Below, one piece after another: positions 48,730 through 61,200 of a DNA stretch of 64,000 nucleotides. The stretch is from a virus. Both the position numbers and the translations under genes were made by a program. The notes beneath the pieces were generated by a model. It was given only the letters and a program-made list of their open reading frames with translations. It was not told the DNA's origin and did not search any database. Where the stretch lies: positions 1 through 64,000 of IMG/VR virus record IMGVR_UViG_3300010885_030180. One strand, written 5' to 3'. How positions within the stretch are numbered: position 1 is the stretch's first letter; every line of letters starts with the position of its first letter.

Positions 48730-51700
48730 ATGGCAATTCAAATCCAATTTAGAAGAGGAACCGCGGGAGAATGGACCGGAGTTAATCCTACTCTGGCTCT
48801 TGCAGAAATGGGTATTGAAACAGATACTAACTTGTTTAAAATTGGTAATGGTACATCTACATGGATTCAATTAGACTACGGCGGTATACAAGGTCCACAA
48901 GGGCCTGCGGGTAGTACAGGTACAGCAGGCGCAACAGTAGTAGATAATGTTTTATATGTTAGTGAAAGTGGTAATGACAGCAATGATGGCCGTTCTCTAA
49001 CTTACTCTAAACGCACAATTAAATCTGCGGTATCAGTTGCATCAACTGGTACTACTGTTTTTGTTAAGAGCGGAGATTATACTGAAAATACACCAATTAC
49101 TGTTCCTGACTTTGTTTCTCTAGTAGGTGATAATCTTCGTACAGTAACCGTAAGACCTACAACTTCAACAAACAATATATTTTATGTAAACAACGGAACA
49201 TACATAAGTAACATGACATTTAAGGGTCATGAGTATCCTTCAGCTGCAATATCATTTAATCCAGATGGGTCTGCAGGTGTAATATCTACAAGTCCATACG
49301 TACAAAATTGTACAAGTATGACAACAGATGCTACTGGCATGCGTGTAGACGGAAATTTAGCACTTGGTACAAAAAGTATGGTCGTGGATGCATATACTCA
49401 ATATAACCAAGGTGGTATTGGTATCCACATGTTAAATGGCGGTTATACACAATTAGTTTCTGTGTTTACTATCTGTTGTGATAAAGGATTCTATGCTGAA
49501 TCAGGTGGATTTTGCTCTATAACTAACAGTAATAGTAGTTTTGGTAACTATGCATTGTATGCCGATGGTGTTAGTTCTACATTATATACAGGTAAGGTAA
49601 ATGGGGCCAAATCTGGTAAAGTATTTGTTATTGATAATTTAACCACTAAACCTAGTGTAGGAGATGCTATAAGTTTTGGTGATGGGAACTATTATACAAT
49701 TAGTACATCAAGTGCATTTAAAACAGGTAGTACTGATATTGTTTATCCCACACTTATTCAAGAAGATGCTGCATTAAGAAATGCTAGACAAAATATATTA
49801 GATGACAAGGCTAAATTACAAACATTAGTAATTGATCATGTAAGGAATACATTCCCTTTATTTGATTTTAATCAATTTAAATGCAGCAGAGATGTTGGTA
49901 ATATTATTGATGGAATTTGCTATGACATGGTGTTACATACTAACTATCAAACTGTAAAAGCAGGTACAAGTTATTATAGAGCAGCAAGTTCTACAGTAGT
50001 AACTGAACAACTAGTAGAAACTGTTAATGCTGTTAATTTTTTAAAGATTAGAGTATTAGCATTACTAACACCTGCTACAACCGCATACACTAGAGTATCC
50101 GACTTGTTTGATATATTAATAAACATTATGCAAAATGGATTAGGTGCAGCACCTAGCTATACATATAATCCACCTACCGGTGCTAGCGCCAATACTGTTA
50201 ATGCCGGTTTAATATTGCAGGCTAATAAATCATTCATTGCTGAAGAAACTGTTGCTTATGTTAGTGGATTTACTTATGATTCAGTAAAATGTCAAAGAGA
50301 TGCTGGTCTTATTGTTGATGCAATAGCATTTGATTTGTTATATGATGGTACTAGCCAAAGTGTATTTGCAGGATTGCAATACTGGAACAAAACTGGATAT
50401 GTCGGTGATGTTGCCAATGAAATAACTACTACTACTTCTGCAATTGCTCATGTAAGAGACTTAGCAATTAGCATTGCTAATGCAGCCGGAGGTAGTGTGC
50501 CAGCAGCAACTGTTTCTGATAATTTTAATTTAATTTTGTATGTTCTAAATACAGGTACTAACGGTATTACTGATTTAATTGTTTCTAATTTTCCAGCAAG
50601 TTCTAATAGTGATACTGTTGCAGCATATAATGCTCTGTTAGCTAATAAATCAGTTATACAAGATAATACCATTGCGTGGATTAATAGTACATATCCTGGA
50701 TATAGTTATGATCAAACTATCTGCCGTAGAGATATAGGCTATATGATTGACAGTGTGGCATTTGATCTGTTACATTTTGGTAATAAACAAAGCATAATGA
50801 GTGGAGTATACTATTATGGTTTTAGTAGTACCTCCACTTCAATTGCTACTGAAATTCCACAAACTACTGCTGCTTACGAATTTATTAAATCTATATCAGC
50901 AGACATTGTAACAGGTAAATTAATCACAGGTACATATCAAACTTCAATAAGTCAAACCATAAGTGCTAGTACTGCAACCAGTGTAGAAATTGGATTGATT
51001 AACAGTAAGATATCTACAATAACTAATATTATTAATAATGGTCCAAGTGTAGCTCCTGCTCGTGTACCAATCGGGCTTGTAGCAAATACATCTACTACAA
51101 TACTTAATGCGTTTAACTTATTAAGAGACAACAGAAATTTTATTACTGCTGAAACTGTGGCGTATATTAATACCAGTTATGTAGGAGTTGTATATAGTAC
51201 CGCAACCTGTAAACGAGATGTTGGCTATATTATAGATGCAGTTACTTACGATGTGTTGTACGGTGGCAATAGTCAAACTGCTTATGCTGCTAATGCATAT
51301 TATGATGGTGCTGTATATCAAATATCAAATACTGAAAAGTTAGCCACTATTGCTGCATATTCGTTTATTAAAACTATCATAGATGATTGTATAGTTGATA
51401 ATCCTATAACTCCATTACAAAGTGCAGTAGCACAAAATACAAGTATTACCGCGGCTTCTGCAACTGAATCTGCTACTGCACAAAGTTTAATGAATATAGT
51501 TGCTAACATAGTAGAGAATGCATATTCAAGTACTGTTACATTAGAACAATCAATTACTTCAACTATTAATGATAATACTCCTGTAACTTTCCACAAATAT
51601 AGTCAAATAACAAGTTCCGCACATTCATTTGAATGGATTGGTGCAGGCACTAATATCAATTCTGCATTGCCATATTTAGGTGGAGAGCCGATTAGTGCCA

Positions 51701-51879
51701 ATCAAGCAGTGGCTGTTAATAACGGTAAAGTATACTTTACTGGAACAGACCAGAAAGGCGATTTCCGAATTGGTAATGACTTGGTAATAAATAACAGCGT
51801 AGGAACAATTTCCGGAAGAACATTCAATCGTAGTTTGTTCGCAGTTATGACGCCATACATACTGGCAATAGGATCGTAA
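48730..51879 (+). CDS. virion protein: Mtd-N/hyaluronidase-like N-terminus, beta-helix-like region, four CxRD helical repeats
   Basis: IQFRRGT...W...NP.LA..E.G.ETDT..FKIG.G; LYVS..GND.NDG......RTIK.A; V.V.SG.Y.E..P...P..VS.VGD.LR; 4x C.RD.G...D....D. Confidence 0.75.
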   Translation: MAIQIQFRRGTAGEWTGVNPTLALAEMGIETDTNLFKIGNGTSTWIQLDYGGIQGPQGPAGSTGTAGATVVDNVLYVSESGNDSNDGRSLTYSKRTIKSAVSVASTGTTVFVKSGDYTENTPITVPDFVSLVGDNLRTVTVRPTTSTNNIFYVNNGTYISNMTFKGHEYPSAAISFNPDGSAGVISTSPYVQNCTSMTTDATGMRVDGNLALGTKSMVVDAYTQYNQGGIGIHMLNGGYTQLVSVFTICCDKGFYAESGGFCSITNSNSSFGNYALYADGVSSTLYTGKVNGAKSGKVFVIDNLTTKPSVGDAISFGDGNYYTISTSSAFKTGSTDIVYPTLIQEDAALRNARQNILDDKAKLQTLVIDHVRNTFPLFDFNQFKCSRDVGNIIDGICYDMVLHTNYQTVKAGTSYYRAASSTVVTEQLVETVNAVNFLKIRVLALLTPATTAYTRVSDLFDILINIMQNGLGAAPSYTYNPPTGASANTVNAGLILQANKSFIAEETVAYVSGFTYDSVKCQRDAGLIVDAIAFDLLYDGTSQSVFAGLQYWNKTGYVGDVANEITTTTSAIAHVRDLAISIANAAGGSVPAATVSDNFNLILYVLNTGTNGITDLIVSNFPASSNSDTVAAYNALLANKSVIQDNTIAWINSTYPGYSYDQTICRRDIGYMIDSVAFDLLHFGNKQSIMSGVYYYGFSSTSTSIATEIPQTTAAYEFIKSISADIVTGKLITGTYQTSISQTISASTATSVEIGLINSKISTITNIINNGPSVAPARVPIGLVANTSTTILNAFNLLRDNRNFITAETVAYINTSYVGVVYSTATCKRDVGYIIDAVTYDVLYGGNSQTAYAANAYYDGAVYQISNTEKLATIAAYSFIKTIIDDCIVDNPITPLQSAVAQNTSITAASATESATAQSLMNIVANIVENAYSSTVTLEQSITSTINDNTPVTFHKYSQITSSAHSFEWIGAGTNINSALPYLGGEPISANQAVAVNNGKVYFTGTDQKGDFRIGNDLVINNSVGTISGRTFNRSLFAVMTPYILAIGS

Positions 51880-51880
51880 A

Positions 51881-52219
51881 ATGGCATCAACATTACCCTT
51901 AAATTCGTTTAAAACCAAAGCATTTGAATTAACTACTGGTACACAGTTAATCTATCTCACCCCCGATGCTATAACAACTATTGTATTAGGTGCACAGGCC
52001 ACTAATATCAGTAACGCACCAGTTACTGTAAAATTCACATTGGTTAAAAACGATACAACTTTTGTTATGTTGAAAGATTTTGAGATTCCAGTTAATGATG
52101 CTTGCGAAGTTACTACCGGTAAATTAGTAATTGAAGCAGGTGCCTCTGTTACTGCAAGTGCTGGCGCAAATAACAGTGTTAACCTAGTGTTAAGTATATT
52201 GGAAACCAGCAATGAGTAA
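51881..52219 (+). CDS. small virion-associated beta protein
   Basis: 112 aa, IY..P....TIVL..Q.TN...IP.ND.......KLV.E.G, ends LSILE; similar in pattern to the N-domains of the last two genes. Confidence 0.6.
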   Translation: MASTLPLNSFKTKAFELTTGTQLIYLTPDAITTIVLGAQATNISNAPVTVKFTLVKNDTTFVMLKDFEIPVNDACEVTTGKLVIEAGASVTASAGANNSVNLVLSILETSNE

Positions 52220-55200
52220 GAGTAGACTGTTTAGTGGCAAGATAAAGAAAAAAACTGGCACAGCCCTTGACGGGTCACGCTATGAATATCTTGATGTAAG
52301 CCAAGCAGAACCAGACCTTGGTATACCGTTATCAAACAATGCGGTATTAATAGCTAACACCAGCGGCCAACGATTTTGGTCAAACACATTAACTGATATT
52401 ACTTTAGCTGGTACTGTTATTAGCAGTGGAACAGTTACTGGTGATTTGTTACCAAGTATTACTAATACATTTAATTTAGGCCGTGCTGATCTAAGATTTA
52501 AAACTCTATTTGTTAGTAGTGCTACATTGGATATCGGTGGTGTTACTATTTCTAGTACTGGTGCTGATTCCTTAAACATATCAAAATTAATAGTGTCTAC
52601 TTCAACTAACAGTACAAGTACTGTAAGTGGTGCATTACAAGTTGTTGGTGGTGTTGGCATTGGATTAGATTTAGTTGTTGGCGGCTCAATTACTTCCAAC
52701 TCATTAACTATTGGAACAGTTTCAAATAATCAGGGTACTTTAAACATTCAAAGTACTGTTGATTCAACATCCACTAATTCAGGTGCGTTACAAGTTGTTG
52801 GTGGTGTTGGCATTGGTGGTAATTTGTATGTTGGTGGCGATATCGTTGCTCAGAAATTAACTATACAACTTACCACAGTAACGACTACATTTATTGTTAC
52901 AGATGATGTAATTAGTACCTATAATACGACTCAATCTACTAGCACTGACTCTGGTGCATTAATTATTGCCGGTGGCGCAGGGTTTGGTAGAGATGTATAT
53001 GTAGGCGGATTAATTTATAGTTCAGGTAGTCAAGTATTAACCTATAATAGTACACAGACACTATTAGTAGCAAGTGCTCTTTATGCAACCACAAGTGGAT
53101 ATGCATTGGCATTTGATACTGGTACAGTTGTAACTACTGCAATTAATGCAATTAATGCAACTACTGCATCATTTGCAACCACAAGTGGATATGCATTGGC
53201 ATTTGATACTGGTACAGTTGTAACTACTGCAATTAATGCAACTACTGCATCATTTGCAACCACAAGTGGATATGCATTGGCATTTGATACTGGTACAGTT
53301 GTAACTACTGCGGTTAATGCAACCACTGCTACTAGTTTGGGTCCTGATATTATTAGAATTTCTAATACTACAAATTCTACCTCAACTGATAGTGGCGCAT
53401 TACAAATTGAAGGTGGTGTCGGTATTGGTAAGAATTTAAATGTCGGTAACTTATTGACATTTAATCCAGTAATTTGGAATTATGTAGCAACTACGTTTAC
53501 ATCTATTCCTGTAACCTATGGACAAACAAGTTTAACATTTACTGTACAACCGGATAATACCATTACCAATATGAGTGTGGCCGCAGGTGCCGGTGGATAT
53601 GGTCCAACTAGTGTTAATTTGACTATTCCTGGAACAACTTTCCCCGGTGGAACAAGTCCTGCTAATGACATTGTTTTTAATGTAGAAACGTTTGTATCTG
53701 CAGGCCCAGTGTACTCAACAGCAGTAAATAGTGCTGTAAGTTATGTAAGCGGAACCCTGCCTCAACGATATGATAATATTTATAGTACAGGTAACGTGGG
53801 TATTGGGGCTGGAACCCAGCATTGGGTATTTGGCACAGATGGTAAATTAACTGCGCCTGGTAAGATAGAAGTTCAATCAAATGTAAATTCAAATTCAATA
53901 GCTACCGGTGCGTTTACAGTTGTTGGCGGCGCCGGCATTGGATTAGATTTATATGTTGGTAATAATTTATATGTAGCAAATACTGCGTATCTTAATAATG
54001 CAGAAATATTAACTACATCAAGTGGTTTTTCTAGTGAATCTGGTATTTCTATTATTAACCAACGACTAGTTGTTAATACAAGTACAAACTCCACATCAAC
54101 TACTACTGGTGCAATTGTTACGCCAGGCGGTGTTGGTATTGGTCAGGATATGTGGGTTGGTGGAAAAATTTATGCCGGCGATTTCATCTACAGTAATGGC
54201 CAACAAGTTATTACTACTTCAACTATTAATACATTTGCCAATCAAACTGTAATCACAGCTGGTACTGATACTGCAATTAGTACAAGTACTGGCAATGTAA
54301 CAATTTGGAATACTAGTACATTTCAAACTGTAACCGATCGTGGTCATACTACTACTAATGCTATATCAATTACTAGTACAGCTTCTAGTACCTCATCAAC
54401 TACCGGTGCATTAACTATTACCGGTGGTGTTGGGGTTGGTGAAAATTTGTATGTTAATGGGTTAATTTATAGTTCAAGTAGTCAGGTATTAACTTATAAT
54501 AGTACACAGACATTATTAGTAGCAAGTGCGCTTTATGCAACTACAAGTGGATATGCATTAGCATTCAATACCAATACTGTTGTAACCACAGCAGTTAACG
54601 CTACTACAGCATCATATGCATTAGCATTTGATACTGGTACAGTTGTAACTACAGCAGTTAATGCTACTACAGCATCTAGTTTAGGCACCGGTGTAATTTA
54701 TATTGTTAATAGTAGTACTTCTACATCAACTAATACTGGTGCATTAGTTGTTACTGGAGGGGCTGGTGTAGGCGGAGATTTATGGGCAGGCGGAAGTATC
54801 TATGCTGCTGCATTTCTTTATAGTAATGGTCAGCAAGTTATTACTACTTCAACTATTAATACATTTGCCAATCAAACTGTAATCACAGCTGGTACTGATA
54901 CTGCAATTAGTACAAGTACCGGTAATATTACTATTTGGAATACTAGTACATTACAAACTGTTACTGATAGAGGTGCTACAACTACCAATGCTATATCAAT
55001 TACTAATGCAACCGCCAGTGACTCAACTATTACTGGAGCATTAATAGTTGCAGGTGGTGTTGGTATTGGTGGAGATATATATGTTGGCGGTGCATTATAT
55101 CAAAATGGCCAACAAGTTATTACAACTTCTACTATTAATGATTATGCAAACCAAACAGTTATAACTGCTGGTACTGATACTGCAATTAGTACAAGTACTG

Positions 55201-58200
55201 GCAATATTACTATTTGGAATACTAGTACGTTACAAACGGTTACTGGTAGAGGTCATACTACTACTAATCAAATTAGAATTGATAATACTCTCACTAGCAC
55301 AAGTTCATTTGCATCTAATGCATTATATGTGGCAGGCGGAATTGGCGGTAACAGTGGATTTAATATCAATGGTGATGGATACTTGCACGGTGATTTAATT
55401 GTTTTTGGTACTATCACCGGAACCAACGTAACATTAACAACCTTAGTAGCTAACAGTGGCACCTTCTATGGTGATACTTCGGGATCAGGCGCATTATATG
55501 CTGGTATTATAGGAGCAACGCCATTTTCACAGACCATGGCACAATTTACCGGTGATCTTAATGATTACATGGAAATTAATGTACAAAATATTAATGCAGG
55601 CGCCATTGCTAGTACCGATATTGTTGCAAGCGCAGACAATGTCACTGAAACGGGCGCATTCATTGATATGGGTATTACCAGCAGCGGATGGGACGGATCT
55701 GCTACATTAAGTTTTGGTAATGCACTTGGTCCTAATGATGGCTATTTGTTAGTAGGAAATAGTAATCTTCCTACATCGGGTCACTTGGTAATAGGTACTA
55801 TGGCTCTGGATACTAGTGTTAAGATCATAGTAGCAGGTACAAATTCAAATTATATCACTGCTATCTTTAATACTGCAACCACTGAATCAATCTCAACTAC
55901 TACAGGTGCATTAGTAGTACGTGGTGGATTGGGCGTTGGTGGCTCTATATATGCAGCATCTACCAGTTACATAAACAACTCTAAGATCCTTGTTGCTGGC
56001 GATTTAGAAACAGTAACGCACACTGCTACTTACATTACTAACAATCCCGGATCTGTAGCAGTTGCTGGAACTAGCACCATCTACGGTACTTACGACTTTG
56101 GCGCAGTAAGTGATGTTTGGACTTTTAACGATTACAACACTGGTACTAATTTTGGATACTACAGTATTCACGATGCAGCAACACAACCTGCGTTTATTGT
56201 CTACATTGGATTTAGTGGTATCACTGATTTCAATCGTATTGTATTAAACATTAATTACACACAAAATTCAGGCCATACACAAGAGATTGATTTATACAAC
56301 TATGTACAGAACCAGTGGGATACGTTTACTACCTATTCTGGGTCAACTGGTTGGTTTGAATTCATTCTTGGTACTGTCGATCCTGCACCTTATATTTCCA
56401 GCGGTACTGTTACTGCTCGTATATATCATGTGTCATTCGGTAATACAGCACATAGAACATGGATTGATTATGTTGCCCTTGAAAAATCTATACAAGGCGG
56501 TCAAGGTCCACGCGGTGCCACCGGCGCTACTGGAGCAACTGGTGCTCAAGGATTAACTACAAGTACAACAAGTACATTTATATTTTCTAATACATTAGCT
56601 AGTACATCAACTGTGGCAAGCAATGCTGTTTATATAGAAGGTGGATTGGGTATTGGTAAATCTTTATTAGTAACTGGAGAAGCAATATTTCAAAATAATG
56701 TAACATTTGCTGGTACTACTACTTTTGTATTATCTACTAACACAGTTTATACAGATAACATTATTGAATTGCATTATCCAAATACTCCCGGAAATGTATG
56801 GGCTGTAAATGACGGTAAGGATATCGGATTAAGATTCCACTATTACGATGGTGCAGACAAAAATGCCGGATTAGTATTAGCCAATGATACCAAATATTTA
56901 GAATGGTATTCTAGCGGAACAGAAGATGGCACAAGTACATTTGCAGGCAGTGCGTATGGTACCTTTAAAACTGGCAGTATTGTATTAACTAATACTACAG
57001 TTTCTATTAGTACCTCAACCGGTGCATTACAAGTCGCAGGTGGTGTTGGTATTGGTGGTAGTTTATACATTGGTGGTGCATTATATCAAAATGGTCAGCA
57101 AGTTATTACAACTGCTACAATTAACAACTTTGCAAATCAAACAACAATAACTGCCGGTACTGATACTGCAATTAGTACCAGTACTGGCAACATTACTATT
57201 TGGAATACCAGTACATTACAAACCGTCACTGATAGAGGTAATACTACTACTAATGCAATTAGTATTACTAATGCAACTGCAAGTGGCTCAACTATTACCG
57301 GCGCATTAACAGTTGCAGGTGGTATTGGTGTAGGTGGCGATTTATACATTGGTGGTGCATTATATCAAAGCGGTCAGCAAGTTATTACAACTGCTACCAT
57401 TAATCAATATGCAAATCAAACAAGTATTATTGCTGGTACAGACACAGCAGTAAGTACCAGCACTGGTAATATTATAATTTGGAATACTAGCACTTTACAA
57501 ACAGTTACTAGTAGAGGCGCTACAACTACCAATGCAATATCAATCACTAATGCAACTGCAAGTGGTTCAACTATTACCGGAGCATTAACTGTTACTGGCG
57601 GTGTTGGGATTGGTGGCAATTTATATGTTGGTGGTGCATTATATCAAAGCGGGCAAGCAATATTATCCACTGCTACCATTAATCAATTTGCTAATCAAAC
57701 CAGTATTATTGCTGGTACTGATACAGCAGTAAGTACCAGTACTGGTGCTATTACAATTTGGAATACCAGTACATTACAAACGGTTACTGGTAGAGGTGCT
57801 ACAACCAATAATGCAATTAGTATTACTAATACCACAAGTTCTATTAGTACCACAACTGGTGCATTAATTGTAACTGGCGGGGTTGGTATTGGCGGTAGTT
57901 TAAATGTTGGAGATGCCAGTGTTGTTAACGTAAACAGCACCAGCACAGCCTTACGTATCACCCAGCTTGGCGCAGGTAATGCGCTGGTAGTTGAGGATGA
58001 GGCTAATCCTGATGCATCACCATTTGTAATTGCTAGTAATGGTACCGTGATTATTGGTCACACTGCACGGGTCACACAAGTTAATGTCCTCGAAGTACAT
58101 AGCAGCGCCGCCATTAACAGTTCACCTGCTATGGGGGTTTACAGTTGGGGAACACTTGCCACTGGCGGTGGTCTGAATTTGTACAAATCTCGCTCAGGTA

Positions 58201-61200
58201 CTGTAGGAACGTACTCGACTGCAACAAATGGATCCCAATCCAGTATTCGTTTCCAATTTGATGACGGTGCAGCTTTTCAACAAGCTGCTTCGATCATTGG
58301 CTCAGTAGAAGGAACGCCTGCACTTAACAGTACGCCTGGTCGCTTAACCTTTGGTACCACACCGGATGCTTCTACCACGCCAGTTGAGCGTATGCGTATT
58401 GACAGCGTAGGTCAGACTAAATTTAGCACTGTCATTACTGCAACCTCAACAACTACTGGCGCATTGGTAGTAACAGGTGGCGTTGGGATTGGTGGCAATT
58501 TATATGTTGGCGGAGCATTTACTGCAACATCAATTAGCATTGGTGGTATCAATGTGGGGTATGGATATACTGGTAGTTTAGGTTATACTGGATCAATAGG
58601 TTATACTGGCTCAATAGGCTACACTGGTTCAGCAAGTACCGCTACTGGTTATACTGGTAGTATTGGTTATACTGGCTCAATAGGATATACTGGTTCGGCA
58701 AGCACAGTCTCTGGGTATACTGGTAGTATTGGTATAGGTTATACTGGATCAGCAAGTACTGCAACTGGTTATACTGGTAGTATTGGCTATACTGGAAGTA
58801 AAGGTACTGACGGAACCAGTGTTACTATTAAAGGGTCGACTTCAACTTCAGCAGCGTTACCAGGATATCCAACTTCGTATATTGGTACAGCAGGTGATGG
58901 ATATATAACAACAGATACTGGGCACTTATGGGTATGGAGTGGTAGTGCATGGAATGATGTTGGCAATATTACAGGTCCATCTGGTGGACTTGGTTATACT
59001 GGGTCAAGAGGATATACTGGTTCGGCAAGTACTGCAAGTGGATATACTGGTAGTATTGGTGTAGGATACACTGGCTCTGCAAGTACCGTAACAGGCTATA
59101 CCGGCAGTATTGGTTATACTGGTAGTATTGGTTATACTGGATCAGCAAGTACTGCAAGTGGATATACTGGAAGCCAAGGAACAGGTGGTGGGGCAGGATA
59201 TACCGGATCAGCAAGTACCGTAACAGGATATACTGGATCAGTGGGGTATACTGGTAGCATTGGTAGTACCGGAACAACTGGATATACTGGTAGTATAGGC
59301 AATACTGGTACTATAGGATATACTGGCAGCATTGGTACTATTGGATATACTGGTAGTATAGGCAATACTGGTACCATTGGATATACTGGCAGTATAGGTT
59401 ATACTGGTAGTTTGGGTTATACTGGTTCAGCAAGTACTGCTTCTGGGTATACTGGTAGCACTGGTACTATAGGATATACTGGTAGTTTAGGATATACTGG
59501 TAGTGCAGGTGTGTCTGGTACCTTTAGCGCCGTTCAGGTATTTAATACACAAAGTGGTACAACTTATACATTGGTATTGGCAGACGCAGGTGATTTGGTT
59601 AAATTAACTAATGTTTCAGGCGTTACAGTTACTATTCCATTAGAAAGTTCTGTTAACTTTGCCATTGGGCAGCGTGTAGATATAGAACAAGCAAGTGCAG
59701 GCAATGTCGCAATAGTAGGGGCAAGTGGAGTTACATTAAACTCAACTGATTATCCGGTACTAAGTACACAATATAGTGTGGGTACATTGATCAAAACTGG
59801 ATCAAATGAATGGCTGTTTGTTACACCACAGGGCGGATTAGGTTACACAGGAAGTACAGGCGTTGGCTATACGGGCAGTTTAGGTTACACTGGATCAGCA
59901 AGTACCGCTAGTGGCTACACTGGATCAGCAAGTACTGCAAGCGGCTATACCGGTAGTTTAGGATATGTTGGAAGTGTTGGTAACTTTAGTTCTGTACAAA
60001 CATCTAACACACAAACTGGTACCACTTATACATTGGCATTAACTGATGCTGGGCAGTTGATAAAATTAACTAATGCTTCAAATGTTACAGTTACTATTCC
60101 ATTAGAAAGTTCAGTTAATTTTGCTATAGGACATAGATTAGATATAGAACAGGCTAGTACAGGTATTGTTGCAGTAGTAGGGGCAAGTGGAGTTACATTA
60201 AACTCAACTGATTATCCAGTACTAAGTACACAATATAGTGTGGGTACATTGATCAAAACTGGATCAAATGAATGGCTGTTTGTTACACCACAGGGTGGCA
60301 CAGGATATACTGGTAGTACGGGCGCCGGTTATACTGGATCTGCATCAACAGGATCATCATTTACAGGTGGAGTGATTACAGGTATTACTACTGTTACAAA
60401 CACAACAAATGCAAGTTCAACTAATTCAGGTGCATTACAAGTTGTCGGTGGTGTTGGCATTGGTGGCAGTTTGTTTGTTGGTGGTGTTATAACTGCAACT
60501 AACTTCTTTGCAGGTACATTAAGAATTGATGCTGGTAGCACAATGACTAATTTAGTTGTTACTGGTACTGCTACATCAACTAGTACTACGACCGGCGCTG
60601 TTATTATATCTGGTGGATTAGGAGTTGGACTTGGTATAGTTGCCGGCGGAACTGTTACTGCCACAAACTTTATATTAAACGGATATCAAGTTAGTACTGC
60701 TACAGGTAGCGCAACTTTTACCGGTGGATCTGTAGCAAATACTACTACATTTGTAAGTACAGTCACTATTACTTCAACTGCAATTTCAACATCAACTACA
60801 ACTGGCGCTTTACAAGTTGTAGGTGGCGTTGGTATTGGTGGTAACATTAACTTTGGCGGTAGTTTATATCAAAATGGTGTATTGTTTACCGGAGGTGGCG
60901 GAGTCGGCAGCTTTAATTCAGTACAAACTTTTAACACACAAACTGGTACTAGCTATACATTGGTATTAACTGATGCTGGTACTTTAGTTAATATGAATAA
61001 TGCTGTTGGTGCTACTGTTACAGTACCGCCAGAAAGCTCAGTTAACTTCAGTATTGGACAGCGTGTTGATATAGCACAAAATGGTGCTGGACCAGTGGTA
61101 ATATCAGCAGGTGTGGGTGTTACATTACATACCACTGATCTTCCATTATTGAATAATCAATACAGTATTGGTACATTGATCAAAGTAGGTTCCAATGAAT

